Source of the DNA: the human T2T-CHM13v2.0 reference genome, Homo sapiens
NCBI RefSeq assembly: GCF_009914755.1
Contig: NC_060932.1
DNA: 64,000 nt
Reading direction: 5' to 3' (one strand)
Positions 52,990 through 64,000 of the stretch are shown here, one piece after another. Positions within the stretch are counted from its first letter, which is position 1. Each line of letters opens with the position of its first letter. Made by a program: the position numbers and the translations under genes. The notes under the pieces were generated by a model. The model did not search any database and was not told where the DNA came from. It worked only from the letters and a program-made list of their open reading frames with translations.

Positions 52990-53635
52990 ATCTGGGGTGA
53001 GGCTGGAGAATTTCATGCTAACCCACTTCTCAGATGGTACTGAAGCTGCCTGTTCTCTGAGCAGCACTGAGCAGGTTAATTCCTTCCAGGAGCTGAAGCT
53101 GCGGAGCCAGCCCTCGTGGGAGCTTCTCCAAGCACCACTGGCTCTGCCACCCACGCTTACTCCACAAACCCCCATGAAGCCAAGATGCAGTACCAGATCT
53201 CAGTGGAGGTCCAATGGAGGGGGAGACCAAGAAAACTTGTCTCTCCTTAGATGAGTGTCAGAGAGGCAGAAAGCAGAGCAGGAATGGCCAAGGACAAAGA
53301 GAGGGGGAATGGGGACTTCGTATTTAATGGGGACAGAGTTTCAGTTCTACAATACAAATGATTCTGGAGATGGAGGGTTTCCTTCTCTGAGCAAGAGCTG
53401 TTTCCACCTTTTGGCCATCATGAATGAGTCTCTTCTGTTTTGCACCATATTCTGGTGGCATGTGTTCTTGCATAGTAGTGATGGGGCTGCCATCACACTC
53501 TGAAGAGCCTTCTATATTTGGAGATCTTCTTGCATTTTAAGTCTTGTCTTCCCTGCATGGCAGCCAGAACTCTCAGGCAGGTGAACTTGGCTCTGCCAAT
53601 CAGCTTCGCGCAGGCCAGGCTGACTGGAAAGGGGG

Positions 53636-54321
53636 TGTTACACGGAAGTGCAGGAATTCTCGGTTCTGGTCTAACTTATGAGAAAGAATTCGGCCAAGAG
53701 ACAATTAGTAATGTAAGCCAAAGGTTTGTTAAGGAAACAAGAGCACACTCCGACAGAGGAGTTGAAAACCACTCGGGCTGGTCCAGCTGGGAAAATAACC
53801 GTAGCAGTGTTTATTTAAAGAGACAGGATGCTCTGGAAAACGAGGCAGAGTGGGCTGCTGGAGAGTGAGCCAGCAGCAGCCAGTGCCGGGGGCTCTCTTT
53901 AGGAGAATCTTACATGATTACTCATGAAGGGGTATGAGGGGATGTCACGTGCAACCATGTTTTAGGCAGTCCCCTTGAGCACGCATGCTCTGTGGTTGTA
54001 CATGCTAGTACACATGCCATATGTCACATTAATATTTAAAATCTCCACTCAGAGGTTGTTTTTTACTATGACACTGAGCAAAAGGTGGTAGGTGAGTTAG
54101 TGGAGGACTGGCATGCTTCTCAGCTGGGAATGTTCCTAGCATGGCTATCTCTAGCTAAGGCCCGATAAGCCCCCTTCCGGGCTGGAGGAGCCCAACCACA
54201 GGGCCAAAGTAGCCAGCATAGCCACTGTCTTTTTGCTGATTGTCAGTGGGCAGTGCTTTCAGGACTTCTTTTCCCAGGGGCTCCCTTGCCTGTTCATTTC
54301 TGGCTATCCCCCTATTCTAAC
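53636..54321 (-). mobile_element. ERV1 solo LTR (LTR9/MER61/LTR38-type group; subfamily uncertain)
   Basis: tgttac..gaaagaattcggccaagagac..aggtttgttaagga..gcacactc; taaaatctccactcagagg. Confidence 0.65.
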
Positions 54322-54476
54322 CGGGGCACGTAAGGAATCAAGCTTGATTCAGGACATCCATCTTGCTGGCTCAGTTACAGTGGTGGTTTCTGTCTTGGGG
54401 TATCTGCCAGAAGTTGCCAGAAAGCAGAGTCCCGGGAGCAGTGCAAATCACAGCCTCTTGTCCTGGGCAGAGGCAC

Positions 54477-54665
54477 TGCTACAAGGTGAATTGTGTTCCT
54501 CAAAATTCATATGTTGGAGCCCCAGTCCCCGGTATCTCAGAATGTGACTGTATTTGGAGACAGGCTGTTTAAGGGGGTGATTAACTTAAGGTGAGGCCAT
54601 TAGGGTGGACCTTTATCCAATCTGATATTATATGGAAAGAAAATTTGGACACACACACAAAAAAA
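54477..54665 (+). mobile_element. MLT1A0/B 5' fragment
   Basis: gaattgtgttcctcaaaattcatatgttgga...ctcagaatgtgactgtatttggagacagg. Confidence 0.85.
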
Positions 54666-54797
54666 GAACCATCAAGGAATTGCTCAAACTTGAACCCATC
54701 AAATAATTTCTTTTCTCTGCTTCCTCATTTATCCTACAAAAAAAGCCTTCCCCTTGTGCTCATCCCCTGTGAAAGTCACCCAGTTTCCCCACAGGAA

Positions 54798-55201
54798 TGA
54801 TATTTAGGAATAAACAGAGAAATTGACCCTCCCGGTCTTAAAAGTTGAAACTTATATTTGTCTTGTCTGAGTTCCTTTTTTGGGAAACCAACCCTCAGGC
54901 AAGGGACTGAAACTCACCAGGTCCCCGCATCTGGAGGCCACGCAGAACCCTCCTTCCTTGCGCTTGCTCCCATGCCCCTCCCTAATTGCTGTTTTCCCCA
55001 CAGGTGGTTTACCTTCCTTTCTTAATGTATAAACCACTCCTTCCCCCAGCCCCTCCCATTTTAGTTCGTTGGGGAGGCAGATTTGAAACAATCTCCCCTT
55101 CTCCTCAGGATGCCACCTGAAGGGCCTTCTTTGTCTCCGTGATTGGCTTTACCTGCGGTGAGTGGCAGGACCTAGACCGAACCCCTGGGGTTTCAGTAGC
55201 G
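54798..55201 (+). mobile_element. MER39-like ERV1 solo LTR
   Basis: gaaacttatatttgtcttgtctgagttcc; gggactgaaactcaccag; gcaggacctagaccgaacccctggggtttcagtagc. Confidence 0.75.
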
Positions 55202-55559
55202 GGAGGAACCCTGGCACTGCCCATTCCTGAACTACTGTTTGCTAAAGTAAACTCCTGAATATTGAAATGTGCCTCAGTTTATCTTTTAACAATATGTTTA
55301 TGCTGGACACAAGGAGAACTGAGAGCCTAGAGAACTGAAGTGTTTCCAGATACCTGAAAAATTAAAGGCAGAATTCTCCCCTGAGAAGATTGTATGAGGG
55401 ATTACAGGAAGGTCAACAGCGCAGAGAAACCCTGGTTCACATGATGTGAGTAGGGCCAGGAGCAGCGACCCCTACCGTCAAGACGAGGGATTGGCTCCCT
55501 CATGCATCTCCTAACAGGAATACAGGAGAAAACAAGAGAGACTATAAAAAGAGAGATTT

Positions 55560-55858
<299 letters not shown>

Positions 55859-57410
55859 GAGAGAGAGAGATTTTCCAAGTTGTTTCAAAGGAAAATGGTT
55901 CAAGCAACTGGGAAGAATTTGACAGCAAGCGCAGCACTAATCAGTGGAATCTTGGCATACGGTTGAATTGAGGGTGACCTCCAGCCTCAGGCTATGAGAA
56001 AGAGACCTTGGTGCCGGAGTTTGTAAAAGGCAAATCTCCTGCAGCGGACAAGATTCTAGTGCCACCAGGTGATTTTCCAGTGAGCACGGGCTTCTCAGAG
56101 AGTCAGCATGGAATCTCACCAGCTGCACCATGGGAAACTTGATGGCGAGAGTCTGTCAGAAAGGACCAAGCTTCAGGGTGCACATTGGGAGGGGTAGATA
56201 TTTGGAGAACTTTGAACCTCTATAGAGCAGAGAGAGCACCTCTTTCACCTTTATCTCCCAAAACACTCACTTGACTGCCTTGCTCAAAATTCACTCTCAA
56301 AAAATGTCTATTGAATCAGATTGAGCACAATCCTTGCCACTTATTCTATGAAAGTATCAGAATTCTTAAAAAATCAAAATATATTTTCAGATATAAGGAT
56401 ATAGCAAACATTGTCTTAAGTTTCTATGCTTGCATAAGACCATAAAATGGCAAAACTAGAAACAAGTTAGTCCTGCATCTTCTTTTTAGAGTTTCTTTAT
56501 TCATTGAACAAATATATATGAAGTACCTGCTGTATACCAGATATAATGCTATGTGCTACAGATGCAATGGTGATTGGTGTCTGATAAAATATAGTTACAG
56601 TCTTGTGGCAGAAATAGATAGTATAATACAAGAACACAATTCATTATACTGTGATTGAAAAAACAACAATAATAATCATCAGGGCCTATAGAGGTATTTG
56701 TCTTTAACTGGTCTTCATGAAGTACTATTAAGTGCAAGTCTTTACCTATACCCTTTGAGAAATATTGTATGCTTTTCTCAGCTGTAAACTTCTGGGGATG
56801 GTATCCTATATGGTACAGCACTCTTGTTTATCATATAAACCCATTGTCATAATGATGTTACATCTTTGTGAATTTGTCAGCATAAATGTGTGTGTGTTTG
56901 AGGACAATTCATATATGTGTCTTTGCCTCCTCAGGGAGTTTAAAGTGTGCAGCAGCATCAGAAATCACCACAAGCTGTGTTCAGAGACTAAAAATGGCAT
57001 TTGCTTAATTTTGCAGAGGCCAAGATTCTGAGCCAAATTATTCTGATTCTGATTCCCAGAGTCTGAAAGAGGATGAGACACCACCTTCCTTTTTATTTAC
57101 AGATAAAGATTCAGATTTCATTCCAAGTGGGCCCCATCTGCTGCTTCCTTCGTGTTGGTGTTCTCTTTAAAGCCCTTTAAGTCTCTGTCTGGAAAAGAGC
57201 CCACTAATGCCACGTTAAATACAAACTCACCCTCTCTCTTTTTAGCTTACCATAGTCACACCTTGAGAATGAGGCTAGAGCATCCATATGACCAAGACCT
57301 ATAACCTGTCTGACTCCCCGTCATAGAAGCTACTGGTCAAATTCCTGTGTTCTGCAAGCATACATATTTCCTAAACATCCCAAAGTGGAATTAAAAAGTC
57401 TTCTCTCACA

Positions 57411-57737
<327 letters not shown>

Positions 57738-57739
57738 TT

Positions 57740-58436
57740 ACAGGAGAATTCATAACAATACATATAAATACTCCATTGTCCAATGGGTGGAGTTTCATCC
57801 CCACCCTCACCTCTCCAGGAAGGGCTAGATTTAATGCCTTGTTTCCAAATAGTACAGCAGAGAAAGGGAAGACAGTAACTTCACAGTGGAGAGAGCTGGC
57901 AGACATTACCTTCACCAGGTGATGAAGGTTAACATTACTGGTAAAGTCACATGGCTATGAAGTATCCCCTAACATGATGTGGCAAAAAGAGCACTTCACC
58001 TCTCGATTTCTATTCCTAAAACCTCTAATGCCAGTCTAATAGGGAGGAAAACATTAAGCAGACCTAGACTGGTGGACACTCTTCAGCATTCCTGGCCACT
58101 ACTCCTCAAGCTGTCAAGGTTATAAAGACAAGGAGAGACTGAGAAACTGGCAGACTGGAAGAACTAAGGAGACAGGATGGCTAAATGCAGTGTCATTCCG
58201 TGAATTTGATCTTGGATCAGAAGGAGGACATTCATGGAAAATACGGTGAAACCCAAATAAAGTCTGAAATTAAGTTAATAGAAATATACAGACATTGGTT
58301 TCTTAATTTCAAAAAATGGACCATGAAAAAGAGTTCACTGATGAAAGACACTGCTTGGGGTAGACAGAAATCTATACTATCTTTGCAACTTTTCTGGAAA
58401 TCTAAAATTGTTCTAAAATAAACAGCTTATTTTTAA
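57740..58436 (+). mobile_element. L1MC3/MD-like 3' end
   Basis: taacttcacagtggagagagctggcagacattacctt..ccaggtgatgaaggttaacat; tctttgcaacttttctggaaatctaaaattgttctaaaataaa. Confidence 0.85.
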
Positions 58437-58552
58437 AAGTCTGCTGTTACAGAAGTTTAGTTGATAATTGAGAAATGGCAAGATAACAAGAAAAGTCACA
58501 TAACATTAGATATTCATAATTAATATAAGAAAAAACATAGATTGAAAATTTG

Positions 58553-59580
58553 AGGGGGGCAGTTCCAAGATGGCCAAATAGGAACAGCTCCAGTCTACAG
58601 CTCCCAGCGTGAGCGACACAGAAGACAGGTGATTTCTGCATTTCCAATTGAGGTACCAGGTTCATCTCACTGGCACGTGTCAGACAGTGGGTGCAGGAGA
58701 GTGAGGGCAGCGCAACGAGTGTGAGCAGAAGCAGGGCAAGGCATCACCTCACCTGGGAAGTGCAAGGGGTCAGGGAATTCCCTTTCCTAGCCAAGCAAAG
58801 CTGTGACAGAAGGCACCTGGAAAATCGGGTCACTCTCACCCTAATACTGTGCTTTTCCAACGGTCTTAGCAAATGGCACACCAAGAGATGATATCCCATG
58901 CCTGGCTCAGAGGGTCCCACGCCCACGGAGCCTCGCTCATCACTAGCACAGCAGTCTGAGATCGAACTGCAAGGCAGCAGCAAGGCTGGGGGAGGGGCGC
59001 CCGCCATTGCTGAGGCTTGAGTAGATAAACAAAGCAGCCAGAAGCTTGAACTGGGTGGAGCCCACCACAGCTCAAGGAGGCCTGCCTGCATCTGTAGACT
59101 CCACCTCTGGGGGCAGGGCATAGCCAAACAAAAGGCAGCAGAAACCTCTGCAGACTTAAATGTCCCTGTCTGACAGCTTTGAAGAGAGTAGTGGTTCTCC
59201 CAGCATGGAGTTTGAGATCTGAGAATGGACAGAATGCCTTCTTAAGTGGGTCACTGACCCTTGAGTAACCTAACTGGGAGACACCCCCAGTAGGGGCAGA
59301 CTGACACCTCACACAGCCGGGTACCCCTCTGAGACGAAACTTCCAGAGGAACGATCAGGCAGCAACATTCGCTGTTCAGCAATACTCACTGTTCTGCAGC
59401 CTCCACTGCTGATACCCAGGCAAACAGGGTGTGGAGTGGACCTCCAGCAAACTCCAACAGACCTGCAGCTGAGGATCTTGAGTGATAGAAGGAAAACTAA
59501 CAAACAGAAAGGACATCCACACCAAAAACCCATCTGTACATCACCATCATCAAAGACCAAAGGTAGATAAAACCACAAAG
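58553..59580 (+). promoter_or_regulatory. L1 5' UTR internal sense and antisense promoter region; YY1 motif
   Basis: CAAGATGGCC at 58566-58575; many CpGs decayed to TpG/CpA. Confidence 0.8.
58744..59007 (-). CDS. L1 ORF0 homolog, open, 87 aa
   Basis: MAGAPPPALLLPCSSISDCCASDERGSVGVGPSEPGMGYHLLVCHLLRPLEKHSIRVRVTRFSRC... aligns to L1 ORF0; expression unknown. Confidence 0.6.
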   Translation of the reverse strand: MAGAPPPALLLPCSSISDCCASDERGSVGVGPSEPGMGYHLLVCHLLRPLEKHSIRVRVTRFSRCLLSQLCLARKGNSLTPCTSQVR

Positions 59581-60597
59581 ATGGGGAAAAAACAGAGCAG
59601 AAAAACTGAAAACTCTAAAAATCAGAGCACCTCTCCTCCTCCAAAGGAACGCAGCTCCTTACCAGCAATGGAACAAAGCTGGTTGGAGAATGACTTTGAC
59701 GAGCTGAGAGAAGAAGGCTTCAGACAATCGAACTTCTCCGAGCTAAAGGAGGAAGTTCAAACCCATGGCAAAGAAGTTAAAAACCTTGAAAAAAGATTAG
59801 ACGAATGGCTAACTAGAACAATCAATGCAGAGAAGTCCTTAAAGAACCTGATGGAGCTGAAAACCATGGCACGAGAACTACGTGACGAATGTACAAGCTC
59901 CAGTAGCTGATGCGATCAACCGGAAGAAAGGGTATCAGCGATGGAAGATGAAATGAATGAAATGAAGTGAGAAGAGAAGTTTAGAGAAAAAAGAATACAA
60001 AGAAACGAACAAAGCCTCCAAGAAATATGGTAATATGTGAAAAGACCAAATCTACGTCTGATTGGTGTACCTGAAAGTGACGGGGAGAATGGAACCAACT
60101 TGGAAAACACTCTGCAGGATATTATCCAGGAGAACTTCCCCAATCTAGCAAGGCAGGCCAACATTCAAATTCAGGAAATACAGAACACGCCACAGAGATA
60201 CTCCTCGAGAAGAGCAACTCCAAGACATGTAATTGTCAGATTCACCAAAGTTGAAATGAAGGAAAAAATGTTAAGGGCAGCCAGAGAGAAAGGTCGGGTT
60301 ACCCACAAGGAGAAGCCCATCAGACTAACAGCTGATCTCTCAGCAGAAACTCTACAAGCCAGAAGAGAGTGGGGGCCAATATTCAACATTCTTAAAGAAA
60401 AGAATTTTCAACCCAGAATTTCATATCCAGCCAAACTAAGCTTCATAAGTGAAGGAGAAATAAAACCCTTTACAGACAAGCAAATGCTGAGAGACTTTGT
60501 CACCACCAGGCCTGCCCTACAAGAGCTCCTGAAGGAAGCACTAAACATAGAAAGGAACAACCAGTACCAGCCACTGCAAAAACATGCCAAATTGTAA
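59581..60597 (+). pseudogene. L1 ORF1p, disabled
   Basis: MGKKQSRKTENSKNQS...YQPLQKHAKL; in-frame stops at 59908, 59968 (CGA>TGA) and 60031. Confidence 0.97.
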
Positions 60598-60660
60598 AGT
60601 CCATCGATGTTAGGAAGAAACTGCATCAACCAACGAGCAAAATAACCAGCTAACATCATA

Positions 60661-64000
<3,340 letters not shown>

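Overview
Primate (catarrhine, probably human or great ape) genomic DNA, intronic or intergenic and repeat-dense. I recognise no host protein-coding exon, RNA gene or CRISPR array. Most ORFs in the track are repeat-derived or chance. The window holds about 17 Alu/FLAM pieces, an ancient near-full-length L1ME (about 3.9-10.5 kb) and several old L1 3' ends. It also holds L2 and MIR relics, MaLR/ERVL LTRs, ERV1 pieces (MER50-, MER31-, MER39-like), hAT fossils (two MER1A, MER5A, Zaphod) and a dead L1PA5-like element from 58553 that runs off the window end. In that L1, ORF1 and ORF2 are disabled but antisense ORF0 is open. The main unexplained signal is a set of at least five same-orientation, non-tandem local duplications or templated insertions (26 to about 380 bp, 0.6-2 kb apart). 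One has clear junction microhomologies inside an AluSc. Another brackets a strong CTCF motif, and only one of its copies keeps the CpGs. A 64-bp tailless Alu 5' fragment between perfect 15-bp TSDs is a candidate internally primed insertion. Subfamily names are from recall of consensus sequences and repeat boundaries are approximate. No database search was run, so novelty is unverified.
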